A stretch of 34,252 bases of DNA, from NCBI GenBank assembly GCA_003990765.1, contig RBNJ01000281.1, positions 1 to 34,252 on the forward strand. The letters are read 5' to 3'. The notes under the pieces are model-generated. The model was not told where the DNA came from and ran no database searches. It saw only the letters and a program-made list of their open reading frames with translations. Position numbers and translations under genes: made by a program. Positions 12,145-24,753 of this stretch are shown in pieces. The first letter of the stretch is position 1. Each line of letters begins with the position of its first letter. The stretch is from Jimgerdemannia flammicorona. Its lineage: Eukaryota.

Positions 12145-13418
12145 ACTTAATAAGAAGAGAAGGAGCCCCTATAAGAGAAGGTGCTTCCTGCTTACCCAAA
12201 TGAGCCAAGAACTGTACCTTGCTCTCATCTGGAGCCTATACTATAGAAGCTTCAAAAAAGGAATTCAGCCAGCTTATAAGCTATTTATTTAAAAGAATTT
12301 TAAAAAATTTCAAGAAAGTGATGGCAAACTTTAGAAGTAGAAGGAGATTAATATACCTAAGTTCTACAAGAAGATTAAATACTGAAGATACTTATAACTA
12401 ACTATGGTCAGAATATATGTCAAGAAATTGGAGCCACTATTGCAAGAATTAAGAAAAGATACTAGTGGCCAAAAATAAGGAAATAAATTTTGACACATAT
12501 TTAACAATATGATATCTACCAAAGATACTGATAGAAGCCAACTAACAAAGCACTACTAATACTGATTGTAGCACTAGCTAGAGTCTTTCAAAGACTATAA
12601 ATAGATATTATTGATTCTCTACTAATAACTAGCTCAGGAAGATACTATATTCTCACTATTGAAGATTATCTAACAAAATGACCTAAAGTCTTTGTCATTG
12701 AGACTACTGATGCTCAAACAATAATTAGGATTCTGTATGATGAAATTCTCAGCTGCTATGATATTCTCAAGAAAATTATCATAGACTAAGACTGAGAATT
12801 CATTAACAAAACCATAAAGACCTTTGCAGGTAACTTTAAGATCAAACTGTGATCAATAATAGCTTATTATCTACAAGTAAATAGACTTACTGAATAAATT
12901 AACCAGACCATTCAGCAAGGCCTCAATAAAACTAAAGATCAATTAAACTGAGATATTTATCTTTCAACAATCTTATTTAGTATCTATACTTCAAAGATAT
13001 CTGTTATTCAACAGACTCCTTTCTATTTGGTATATGGCCAAGAAGTACAAGACTCCACTGAACTGATTCAGCTGAATTTAGCAAAATGAGTTACTGAAGA
13101 GATTATCTAATTATATAAAATATACCAATAAGTATAAGAATTTATTACTAAGGCCCAAGAATTATAAAAGAAGTATATAACTACAAAGCTGACCTTGAAC
13201 TCTTACTTATTAGATAATAAGTCTTGGTATACTATACTATCATAGAAGAAAACTGAAGTGTCAAACTTGAACTGAAATAGAAAGGACTCTATCTTATATA
13301 TCAAGCATTTACAAATTATATCTATCAACTTATGACTCTAGATAGAGTTATACTCAAGACTAAGATATACTACAACTACATAAGACCTTACTACTTAGTA
13401 GAAGTAAAATATATTTGA
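12141..13418 (+). pseudogene. Integrase of element B, separate ORF
   Basis: ATG 12141 is in frame with the ORF-track segment 12219-12401. Remnants include IDIIDSL, D*D*EF, AYYLQVN, TPFYLVYG and K*KGLY. Confidence 0.8.
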
Positions 13419-13882
13419 ATAACTCAGCTCACTCCATCTGTATCATCACTATTGAAGAATAATAAATGCTTTCTTTAAAACTCAAGAAGCTAATAATATT
13501 GGAACTATTCTTAAGACCATCTATGTGACAGATATTACTACTAGAAATTGTCTCAGATTTTAGGAAAATCTATTTCTGAGAGGTTTGAACCCCCAGCTAT
13601 AATAATGAGAGCCCTCACCCTAGATAAGAATGGCCAGTTCTCATAAATATACCAATAGTTTATTCAAAAATGGAACTAAGACCTGCTATTTCTATATAAT
13701 CATCACTGCCAAGAATGACTCTAATTTTATAAGGAGCAGATGTAATAATAGCTTCAAAATCAGTAACATCAGAATTCAAAAGACCATCTTGACTTTTCAA
13801 GCCACTAGTTGCAAGTCTTGACTCAACTGTGACTCATCTTGATTAAAAGATAATTTTTATCTAAACTCATAATAACCTAAAA

Positions 13883-14006
13883 ATTAAAAAAAACTTATCT
13901 ATATAAGGCTATTTACTCAGAAAGGTAGTATCATTCTTATATAAGGATCATGCTAATCTTCTCTATATCATTTCAATTTTTTCAAGTATCAGCAGTTTCA
14001 AAGAAC
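13883..14006 (-). pseudogene. U6: U6 snRNA retrocopy, full-length and mutated
   Basis: The minus strand reads AAATTGAAATGATATAGAGAAGATTAGCATGATCCTTATATAAGAATGATAC, the U6 core with only transitions. It has a 5' GTTC-TTTG-AAAC (UUCG hairpin remnant), a 3' T-run and a degenerate 13-bp TSD, and is absent from the 5' LTR. Confidence 0.9.
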
Positions 14007-14367
14007 TTGATAACTTAAAATGACTCATAATGAGCCCAATAGTATACTACTCTAAATCAGATGACCCTACCCTATGGACCAAAAGAGAAGATCCTCAAAA
14101 TATAAAAAGTAATATTAAGAAAAGAAGTTCTAAATATCAACCACAAATAAGAGACTTACTATAAAATAAAATATCTACCATCTGCTAATAGTAAGGTCAA
14201 GGAGTCACCCAGGTCCATCAGTTCACAAACAGATATTTACTGATATTAAGAGAGTAATGAGATTGTATATAAGAAGGACCCCTAGTATCTTTCTCCAGTA
14301 ACATTCAGGTTACACAACCCTTTGATGACATTTTCAACACAGTTTCTGGAGAAAAGCTACTAGTATC

Positions 14368-16398
14368 ATGGCGACCAATGAGCATCTGGAGGTGCATACT
14401 GGGCAGGGTGGCCCTGGAGCATTTGAATGGCAGCAAGTGGGGAGAGGCCCCGGCTTGGAGGGAAGTATGAGGGGCCTGCTGGCAGGGGGCTGTGGTGGAG
14501 GAGGGGGCAGAGCTGGAGGTCAAGGGTCTGGCAGAGTGAGCTTTGCAGAGAAGGTGAAGGGGGGTCGGTAGGGAGCTGGACTGGAGAGCTGGTTGAGAGG
14601 GGGGAAGGTACCGGTGGCGGCTTCCAGGTAGCAGCCTCTTGGGGGTACCTCTCTAGTGGGCCATAGGAGTGGAGCTGGGGGGGTAGCAGCTGGGGCGGAG
14701 ACTGCTGATGGGAGTGTGATGGGTGATCTGGAAAAAAATTTAGATGGGACTGCTGATGGTGAGCCGAGCAGTGGGAAGAGCATGAGGCCCGGGGACCTGG
14801 CGGATGGTGTAACAGGACTGGTGGTGGCTCCGTTACTCAAGAAGTCGATCTCGGCGTTCACAGTCATGCTGTGCTTCCGGGGCTTAGCAGTGATGGCAAA
14901 AATGGTGTTGGGACTTATCGCTAAGCAGGTGGTGGGAGCGGCTTCAGTGAAGTTTCTGAAGGGACTGAAGGGGGTGGAGGTGGGATTTGAGGAGGTTGAA
15001 CTGCTGGAAGAGGCACTGAAGGTTGGGTTGGTGGTTGGGGAGGTGTATGTTCTAATGGCGAGGTATCTGAAATGGGATCCGAGGGTGGTCCAACTGCTGG
15101 TGAAGGGAGTACTCATGGTGACGGTGATGGAGACAAGGAAGAGAGTGGAGAATGTCATGGCAGAGTACAGAGAGGTGGTGGATATCAGATTCAGGGTCTG
15201 GGAAGGGACCATGCTCAGGACTGGGGATGTGGATGTGAGGATTCAGCTGGCTGGGAAAGAGGCTACCAGAAAGACGAGGGACTGGCCTTCAGTGTTGGTC
15301 TGGGGAGCTTTTCTGTGCAAGGTGACATAGGTGAAAGGAAGTGAAGAAGAGGAGGAAGATTTATTGGAAGTACTGGAGGAGCTGGATGGGGCTGTGGACC
15401 GGCGAGCTAAGGTCTGGAAGGCTTTCGAGGAGTCGATGCTCCTGGAGGTGGTGGATGGAAAGAGGATTCGAGTGGACAAGGTGCAGTGGGAAAGGGCTCA
15501 GGGGTGGAAGAGGCAGAAGGATCTGCTGGCTAAGCTGGGGGGGGGACCACAGAAGGATGCAAGCAGGAAGACAGGTGCAGAAGGGGCCGGAGCGAGTGTC
15601 TGGGTTGGTGAGAGGAGTGGGAACGATGGGGCAAAGTCAGGAAAGGCTAAGGAGGCGAAGATTAGTGACCTATATGCTGACGGCACCTTGGAGGTTTGGG
15701 ATGAAGTCTGGGAGAATTCCCCCACCCCCTCCCCTCTTATCAGGCATGGCCCGGCTTCCAGGAACAAGTCTGGGGAGGACGTGATGATGCTGGAGACCCA
15801 GCAGGTGAAATTCAGTATTCCGGAGGTATTGGATGGGGACCGAGTAGAGGCAGCAGGGGAGGAGGAACTGGTGGATGTCCCGGAGGTATGGGATGAGGAT
15901 GCAAGTGTGGGAGCTGACACCACGATGCTGGAGGGAGGGAGGCTGGCGACCCCTGGTGGAAAGGAGGTGGGGAACCTACTTTGGATGTGCCGGATGATGA
16001 ATAACCTGGCAGCAGAAGAGCTGGGGGAGGTGGACTTGTGTGGGATGGGTGACGAGCACTAGATGAGAATTTTGCAGGGGGAAGGAGTGGCGATGGCGCT
16101 GAAGGCGGAAATCCTTGCAGTGTATCTGGAGAAGGAAGGGTACGAGGTGGATAAGGAGAGGGAGGCGGAGTTGGCGGTGGTTGCTGGGGAGAAGGCTGAG
16201 TACTGTTGAAACCGGCATCATGGGTTGCAGCTTTGGCAGGAGGCTTGCATCAAGTACTGGGAGGAGTTTGAGGAGAAGGCTGATGAGGAGATGAATGAGC
16301 TGTTGGCTGGACTGGAGGCTCAGAGGGCTGAAGAGGAGGAGGTGATGGCTGAACATAATCTGGACACAGCGCAGGAAGAGAGGGGCATGGAGCAGTAG
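14368..16398 (+). pseudogene. LINE ORF1
   Basis: ORF-track segments 14368, 14656 and 15331 share one frame, broken only by TAG codons. Contains the SFAEKVK motif typical of L1/Tx1 ORF1 N-termini. Confidence 0.75.
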
Positions 16399-16428
16399 AG
16401 ATTGATTGAGAACAAACCGTATTTTACT

Positions 16429-19400
16429 ATGAACAGTATAACCAATATTTTTTCTTTGAATGTGAATGGGCTGAGGGGCACGGTTCGACACAGGAACATT
16501 TTTATTTGGTTGAAGGGATTGGAGGCCGATCTCTTCCTCTTGCAGGATGTCAGGTGCGAGGATGATGCTGATAGGATGGAATGGACTAGAGAATGGGGTG
16601 GTATGGCAACTTGGAACAGCAAGGTTGGGATTCTGGTTCAGAAAGGCAGAGGGGAGATAAAGGATGTGAGGAGCTGGGGGGAGAGACTGGTCTGGGGGGA
16701 GTGGATTTGTGCAGGTTGGGAGCTGGTCACCATTGGCTCCTGTTACTGCCCTGCTGTGCAGGGTGAGCATGTGGATTGGGTGAAAGAGCTCCTGGAGAGT
16801 GGGATCCTTGCTGAAGCTGGGTTGGATATGCTTGGAGGAGATTTCAATATGGTTTGGAATGTACGGTTGGATAGAACTGATGGAGGACGGGGTGCAGAGA
16901 GCAGGAGTGGGGGGTTGGTGATGTGGGAGGAGGTTGAATGGCTAGGAGCACTGGTGGATGCTGGTAGGGAGCACTGGGGGGACAGGAGGGTATATACGCA
17001 TTGGGCTGGAGGTCTGGGGACAAGGATTGACTGGATTCTGATGACCGACTATTGGGGCCACAATGTTTGGAAGATATTAGAGGTAGAATAGTATCTGTGG
17101 TCAGATCACTGGGGCCTCTTGGGACAGGGGTGTTTTGGGGGAAGTAGGGATGGGCCTGGACATTAGTGCCTAAATTCCTCCTTGTTGGATGATGAGGCCC
17201 AGTGGAAGGTGTGGGCAGAAGACATTCAGCTGAAGGTGGCGAATTGGTGGCAGGAAGGGGCCACAATTGGGGTTTGGTGGATGAGAATAAAAGAGATGGC
17301 CAGGATGTATTGGAGCAAGGCTGGCAGAGTGGCTGGGAAGCAGCGAAGGCAGAAAGTGCATTGGGCTTCCACTCGATTGGCTAGGCTCCTGGAGGAGGGG
17401 GCAAGACTGGCAGCAGTGGAGGGAGAAGAGGATTGGAGAATGTCAAGGGTGAAGATGGAGGTTGAGGAACTGCAACAGGTGCTACAGGAAGAGGAAGAGT
17501 CAAGAGTGCAAGGCCTGGTGGCATGGCTTCATTGGCAGGGGCTGGAGGAAGGGGAGAGGCCTTCCAAGTTTCTCACAAGGACACTTTGAGTGAGAAGGGT
17601 ACAGCAGCAGTGGGAAGGGGTACTTGGCTCGGATGATGTACTAGTGCATGGTGTACAGGATATCCTTAGAATGCTGAAGGCGAAATAGAGTGGATTGTGG
17701 AGTGAGGAGGAGGGTGGGGCAGATGCTACAGCCATTGACCAAACATTAGAGGATTGGCACCCACCACAAGCTGAGGGACTAGGTGACCTGGTGATGCCTG
17801 TAAGGGAGGAAGAGATCCACCAGGTTCTTGCCGCGACAGCCTCGGATACAGCACCTGGGGAGGATGGCCTCCCTTGGGACTTCTGGAAGCGAATGGTTGG
17901 AGTCCCGGGCATATTGGGGGAGTTGACAGCACTGTGTAACTCTATATTGCAGTCAGGGAGATGGGTGGGGGAGCAAGACCTTGGGCTGGTGATGCTGCTT
18001 TATAAGAACAAGGGAAGGTGAGAGGATTGGAAGAACTGGCAGCCGATAATGTTGCTAGATATGGACAGGAAGTTGGTGACTAAGGTGGTGGTCGCAAGGC
18101 TACAGAAGGTAGTCCAGCAAATTGTGGGTGGTGAGCAGAGGGGCTTCATAGGAGGTCGGCTTATTAGAGATGGCACAGCCTGGGTACATGGAGTTATTGA
18201 AGGTGCTCAAGCCTGTGGACTAGATGGGTGTCTTGTCTTCTTGGATCAGAAGAAGGCTTATGACTGGGTGCGGCGAGTCTGGCTGGCGAAAGTATTAGAT
18301 AGAATTGGAGTTCCAGGCCCATTTTGGTCAGCAATGGTCAGCCTACTGGAAAGGAGTAGGGCTGCGCTTGTATGCAATGGGCATCAAGGGGTGGCTTTCT
18401 CTCTGGGTAGGGGAGTGCTCCAGGGGGACCCACTGTCCCCCATTTTGTATGCTCTTTCCTTGGAACCTCTGATGGACAGGATTCGGTGGAAGATCGTGGG
18501 GCTCTCTATCTATGGCATTGGCTGGAAGGTTGGAGCCTTTGCAGATGACATGGTGGTTGGCTTGGGAGTGACTGTGGATGTCGAGGAGCTCCGGAAGACA
18601 GTGGAGTGGTATGAGGAGAACTCTGGGGTGAAGCTGAATTGGCACAAGTGTGAAACAATTGTGCTGGGCAATGGCTTGGTGGGCGGAGAAGTTATTGGAA
18701 CAATTGTCCCCACCGGAGAGGCAGTGCGGTACTTGGGCATCTATTTGTCGGTCTATGGGTCGGTTTTGCCCAGACTGTGGTGGGAGCAGAGGATTGGAAT
18801 TTGGGAGGAGGACCTGCAGAGTTGGGGGGGTCGACACTTCTCTCTGGCAGGAAGGATCTCGATTTTGAATGTATACTGGTTGCCAAAGCTGTGATATTTG
18901 GCCTATCATCTGGACTTCCCAGCCTGGGTAGTGAAGAGATTGGTGAAGGTGGCCAAGGGATGGATTTGGGCTGGCAGATGGAGTCAGATTGGTTGGGAGA
19001 CTTTGTCCCTACCGGGGTGAGAGGTGGTCTTGGGCTGGTGGACTTCCCCAAATGACTACACTGCTTGAGAACTTGGTAGCTGAGGAGGGTGGTGGAGTTG
19101 CATGGAGGGGGCTGGATCCCCCTGCTGCAGAAGATATGGGAGAGGCAGACATCGCCTAGAGGCTTGACTGGTGATCTTCTTTCATTGGTTGGGCTTCAGA
19201 ACACTGCACAACTGAGATATAAAGGCTTCTGGTGGGGGATAGCCAAGGGGGCACACCACATTGGTATTCACTGGCAAGGGGATGAGGGGGAGAGGGCTTG
19301 GGACCCAGTGATGTGGAGATGGGATAGCATTCTTCTGGGAGGCATGCCTTTACTGGAGTTCAACATTAGTGATAGCATCAAATGTCAAAGGGGCCCAGGC

Positions 19401-20084
19401 CAGGATCTGTGGCCTAGTGGTTGGCAAGGAGTTGGAATTGGTGAGGAGTGAGACTGGTAGGGGGTTTGGACCTGGAGTGCCATAGTGAAGAATTGGATGC
19501 TGCCGAAGTACTGGGTAGTCTGGTGGTGTATACTGAGGAGGAATGTGATGCTTAACTTCCACTCAGGACACCTTGTGGTAGGGGGCTGCTTTGACTGCGA
19601 GGAGTGCCATAATATTGGGCAGGAAGGGGGATTGGTACAGACACTGGAACATTGGCTAGGGGAGTGTGAAGTGTTGGGAGACTTTTGGCAGGCTATTGGG
19701 GACCGCTTGGGGGTAAGGCATAGGGGTGATGATGTATGGGGGAGGTGAGAGGACCTGAGAGATCAATTGATTGGAGGGGTTGGGGAAGAGTGGATTACTC
19801 TAGACTGGATGTTGGCTATTTGGATTGGGCTGGCCAGCCACTGGCTATTTGTATTTGAGGAGGAGAAGCGACCGAGCTTAGGGAGCCGGTTAGCAAGGTG
19901 GTGGTTCCTTATGGAGGATACCTTAACAGGCTGGTGGCTTGATTGGGGGCTGCAGGGGAGTCAGAGGCGCCACTTGGTGGTGAAAATCTGTGGTCAGAGT
20001 GGTGGGAGGGTTGGAGTTATTGGTGAGAGGATGGTCTTTATACGTAACAAGGTGGGGTGGGGCCACCTGATGGGGATCGGATAG
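16429..20084 (+). pseudogene. LINE ORF2: AP endonuclease, reverse transcriptase, C-terminal Cys/His domain
   Basis: Contains SLNVNGL, GGDFN, RIDWI, SDH, APGEDG, DQKKAYD, QGDPLSP, FADD, YLG, GGLGL and CFDC..EH...EC. Has in-frame stops and a frameshift near 19012. Confidence 0.95.
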
Positions 20085-21623
20085 TGGGTGGTGATATTGT
20101 ATACTCATTCATAGACTGGTAATAAAGACAGAGTCTAAGGGACTATAAACAAAAAAAAAAAAAAAAGAAGGACCCCTAGTCTAAATCTCTATATAAGAGA
20201 TCTCTATCACTATACTCTCAACTACTGAGAAATAAAGACAAGAATTATCACTATTATTAAGTGCCTCTAGATGTAATAAGAATATGAGAAGAGATATCAC
20301 CTCTACTAAGAATTCTTACAAATTAGCTCTTAAGAAATTTCAGACACTATATATATATATAGATAGATATAAATAGAAATTAGCCAAAAGAGTTCATCAG
20401 ATCTTCAGATATATATCCTGGACTATTCTCAATTTGAAATATTGCAAAGTCTCTGATATTTAAGAACTGGCAAGCTATTATATAGACTTTCTTGAAGAAA
20501 TAGTTATAGAAGAGGCCCAATCTATTATTACAGTTAAGAGTAATGAGAGTTAAGACCTTTGGAATACTATCCTAGAAGACAACTCAGATCAGTTCATCTA
20601 TGGTCTAATTGTATTATTTCAAGGCCCTCTCCTGAGAGTCTGCTTTTTTCAGAATTTCACAGATATTCTCTACTTTGTAGATAATAATATCATTAACTAG
20701 AGATCTCAAGAGCTATGTCTCTTAATAATATCATTAACAATAACTTAGAGAATAGTGACAACTTACTTATTTTGTTAGAAGATGACCTCAATAACTTTCT
20801 GAGAGATGTAGAAAATAATTTGGCCAGACTTTCTGAAGAAAATGAGAAAGAGAATGAGAATAATATAATTTTAGTCATATTGAATTTTAAGATATATAAG
20901 GATGGCTTTATTAGTCAAATTGATAAGTTAGTTAGTTGAACAAACAGTAACTGCATATTAATTAGCCAAAATTATCACAAATATAAAATTAGCCTTATCT
21001 AGTTAGTTAGTCACCTGAAATTCCAAAATTATATTAATTAGTATCTTTTAGTAATTGTGAGTTAAAACCAATTATCTTGTCTTATATATAGCCTAGAAAC
21101 TGTATAAATACCTCCTGATCTGTAGTGAATAAACCTCAGTACAATACCAACTTAAGCTCTAAAAGATAAGTATAAGAACTTTGAGAAAAGACTCTAAGAG
21201 GTGAAGAAATTACTCTTACCACTGCTACTATAGAAAATTGGATACAAGACCATAAAAAATTATCATGAAACTGAAGATATAATTCAGTTAATCAAACTAC
21301 CATTAGAAAACAAGACTAAGAGAAACCCCTATAAAACTTACCAAAAAAACTCTAGAACAATCCACCACTACTAAAATTGGATATAAGATCCAGAAAACCT
21401 ACCAAGAAACTCTAGAATAATATATGATACAAGCAATCACCCTTTTGATATATAATTTAAATAATTATCATATAACTAATAACTCAAGATATATGAACAG
21501 ATTGAATAGCAGTTGAAGTAAACATTGAGTTAGAAATATTGTTGGAAACAAACAGAAGATAATATAGATATTCAGTAGCATATTGAGCTAAGTATATCAA
21601 GAACTAAGAAATACAACATTATA

Positions 21624-21780
21624 TATTTCTTTATTACTACAGACAATCATTTTTCTGATTGAAAATAGATTTTGCCTATTTTTGGAATATATAGTATATT
21701 CTGAATTATATTAGCAGACTTTGTAATAGTTTTATAAAGATATATATTAATATTTTCTCTTTCTTAAGTATATATAATAT
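21624..21780 (-). pseudogene. Decayed Copia fragment (post-protease region), continuing into 3855-4198 across element B
   Basis: The minus strand reads IQNILYIPKIGK-(N)LFSIRK, resembling the Copia nVLyVP..NLlS motif. Confidence 0.5.
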
Positions 21781-22173
21781 TATTATTGTAAATATAGAGT
21801 ATATACTAGAGAAAGAGAGAGAGAGCAGAGTATTGTTTATTATTCCAGATAGTATATATATATATATATATATTTACATATTGAGTGACCTAACTCTAAT
21901 ATGATATAGTTATATATATATAAGTTATATTATTGAGATATTAAAATAATAAAAATTTCAATACTACTGCTAAACAAGATTATATAAAATGATATAATAT
22001 AAGTAGGAATATAATATAACTAAGTAATATCTGCAAAATACCTACAAATATACTAAAAGAATATAAGAATCTATAGTGAAAATAAAGGATATAGATAGGT
22101 CTTATTGGTGGAAAAACTCAAATATAGAGAAGAGATAAGATTGCTTAATCAGATACTAGTATATACCTATTTC

Positions 22174-24285
22174 TTAGTTGCATTGTTTAAATTTAGGTCC
22201 CAAAAGAGCTTTGGTAAGCAAATATATAATTATATACTCTGTGGGGATATATTCTAAATATATAGTCTCATTCTCTATGCTCTCTCTTATATAATAGTGC
22301 TGTATATCAATATGCTTTGTTCTGGAGTAGTATATAGAGTTCTTTGCCATAGCAATCATAGACTAGTTGTTCTAATAAATAAGTATAGAGTTTTATTTCT
22401 GATTAAAGCCTAGCTTCTTTAATAATTGGTATAGCTAAATAACTTTCTTTATTGTAATAAAAAGTGCTTGATACTCAGTCTGAGTAAAAGAAATTGTTAT
22501 AGAGGACTGCTTGCATATTTACTATGAAATAATAAACTTATTGTCAAAATAAAGAAGTATCCAGTCATAGATTAAGAGTTGTCTAAGTCTCTGGCCCAAT
22601 CAGTATCATATATACTAGATAGTTATATACTATTCTTGTTGTTATTATTGTTATTACTTCTGCTCAATCTACTGAGAGTGAGTATATAATATACTATATC
22701 TTTAAGGTATCTGAAAATTCTTTTAATAATACTCCAATATAAATTATTATAGTATAATGAGTATTATGTCACCTTATTGACTATAAAACCTCATTTCAAA
22801 TATGAGATATATAAGAGAACTGACTACTTGCCAATAGAGAATATTGATATCATTCTTGATAGATATATTATTACCATCCTCTGGTATAGTATTAGGCTTC
22901 CTTAACTTTACAGATGTATCTATAGGAGTACCAACAGACTTGTATTCATTTATATTAAATTATTTGAGAATTTTTTGAATATATGTTACTTAGAGGAGAT
23001 ATATAGTATATATATTCCTATTATATATGTATAATAGAGATCTCTAAAAGAAAGGATGCATTGCTCATATCTATCATCTTAAATTCTTGGCATAAGGCTT
23101 TTTTAACTTTATTAAGCCTATTCTTGCTGGCAATAATAATGATATCATCTACCTATATATTAATGAATACTATACTACCATTATTATAATCTTAGACATA
23201 TATACAATTATCTATTTCAAAATATATAAATCTATTATAAAGAAGATATTTATCAATCTTTTAATTCTATATATATGGCTTGCTTAATGCTATATAATTC
23301 TTTACATAACTTGTATAAAAGGTTACTGTTCTAACTATTATATAGTTTATATTCTTCTGATTAATAAAATATAGCTCAGTATCTATATCACTATTGAGAA
23401 AGGCTATCTTAATATCTATCTGATGGATTTTTAGATTATATATATAATATACTAATTATAAGAAGTATTCTCAGTGAAGTAAGCTTGAATACTAGCAAAA
23501 ATATCTTATTATAGTCAATACTATAATCTTGTAAGTAACTCTTAGTAATAAAGCAAGCTTTATACTATTCTATATTTCTATCATTTTTGTACTTAATTTT
23601 ATAAATCCAATATGATCCTACATATGACTTATAATTACTCAGAAGAGATATCAGATCTTATGTATCATTCTTGATAAGCAAATTATACTCTTTGTCTATG
23701 GCTTACTTATATTTCTTATTGTTAGAGAAAGTTATCACTTTATTATATATGTTTGGCTCACTGAAAGTTATAATAAACATATATTCATATATCTTTATAT
23801 TGAGATATCTTTAGCATATCTCAATAACTCTTTAAATTAAAATGAGTTTCTTAGAGAATATTGAAGTACTTTTGCTTACTCTTTATAGAGAACCTCTTGC
23901 CATCATTAGAGGTCTTGTTATCCTTGATTTTCTTTATTCTTAGCTCAGGTAATGTTGACTTATATAGCAGATAATTTTCAACTAACTGTATTTAAAAAAT
24001 ATTTTTCTTTATTGCTAAAGAGATTGGCACAAGTTATTACATTTATACTGGCTATAATATAAAGATAGATATCTCAATATATATATCTATATGGGGTTCC
24101 TAATTTCCTTTTTCATTAAACTACACATTATATGAGATTATTATTTAATATTTGTATGAATTCCAGAGTCAGTATACCTTGCTGAAATATCTCAAAAATA
24201 TGTACTTGCTGGCTTTTGGTTCAAACTTGTATCAATTAACATTCCTCTTATTCAGAATATATGTATTATACATATCTATATATAT
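22174..24285 (-). pseudogene. pol: Decayed Ty1/Copia pol: integrase C-terminus, RT, RNase H
   Basis: KFEPKASKYIFL..KVY*LW at ~24200; HQIDIKIAFLN at ~23410; *VDDI at ~23145; RTKHIDIQHYYIRE..LTKAL at 22174-22359. The IN-RT-RH order is Copia-type. Confidence 0.88.
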
Positions 24286-24753
24286 TGTAACGTAGCAGAT
24301 ACTTACTCTTGAAAGTACGTCAGATTTCTGTATCTTGAAAACTTGACCATTCTGACTCTCACAGAGTCTCTTGAAATTGTAGGGGAGGGTGGGTGAGTTC
24401 AAAGTGTATCTGCCCACAGGCTTACTAGTTCCTTTACTATCTCTTTGCTTTTGAACTATTTCGATCTGAGGTTTATTCACTCGAAGATACTGGGTTATTT
24501 ATACAAGTTTGCTAGCTATGAGATAGCTACTGAGTTATGCGGCTAAGTTATGAGTCATTTAGACAATGTCTAGAAATTTAGACAATGTTGAAATGCTATA
24601 CTAAATCAGGGTGTTCGATTTGAATAATGTCTAAGAATTTAGACAATGTCGAAATCGAAGACTGCTAACTATAAGGCTATACTACTTTGGGACTGGGTGT
24701 GATCAAGTATCTATTCTCTATTTCCTTCTTCCAAATTTGGCTATACCATTACA
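24286..24753 (-). repeat. 3' LTR of element C
   Basis: Direct repeat of 32568-33035, preceded on the minus strand by PPT-like CAGGAGGAAGT. Confidence 0.97.

Larger units (their letters stand above)
14287..20164 (+). mobile_element. Full-length non-LTR retrotransposon (LINE, L1/Tx1-like)
   Basis: Perfect TSD AAGAAGGACCCCTAGT at 14271-14286 and 20165-20180. AATAAA at 20121, poly(A) from 20151, and both ORF1 and ORF2 present. Confidence 0.96.
4199..21623 (+). mobile_element. Ty3/Gypsy LTR retrotransposon, family B, full-length but heavily mutated; 3' LTR interrupted by U6 and LINE insertions
   Basis: Paired LTRs, PBS at 6081, gag-PR-dUTPase-RT-RH-IN remnants, and PPT-like AAGGAGCAGA before TGT at 13741. 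The right end is approximate. Confidence 0.9.
13741..21623 (+). repeat. 3' LTR of element B, split into 13741-13882, 14008-14286 and 20181-21623
   Basis: Homology to 4199-6077 resumes directly after each insertion. Confidence 0.87.

Noticed and set aside
13420..13720. Additional accessory ORF after the integrase of B
   Set aside because: It looks coding-like but is too mutated to support homology by eye.
13883..14006. Functional U6 gene
   Set aside because: The ACAGAGA box is mutated to ATAGAGA, the internal stem-loop is disrupted, and it sits as an insertion with a TSD.
14305..20108. Long minus-strand and alternate-frame ORFs over the LINE
   Set aside because: They are shadows of a G-rich sense strand that yields few stops, and carry no recognisable motifs.
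21780..22100. Copia 3' LTR
   Set aside because: TATA- and AATAAA-like signals are present on the minus strand, but no PPT, termini or second copy could be fixed.
24232..24480. Duplicated ORF MNKPQIEIVQ (also 32445-32762)
   Set aside because: It lies in the LTR of C and runs into different flanks in each copy; the duplication is explained by the LTRs.
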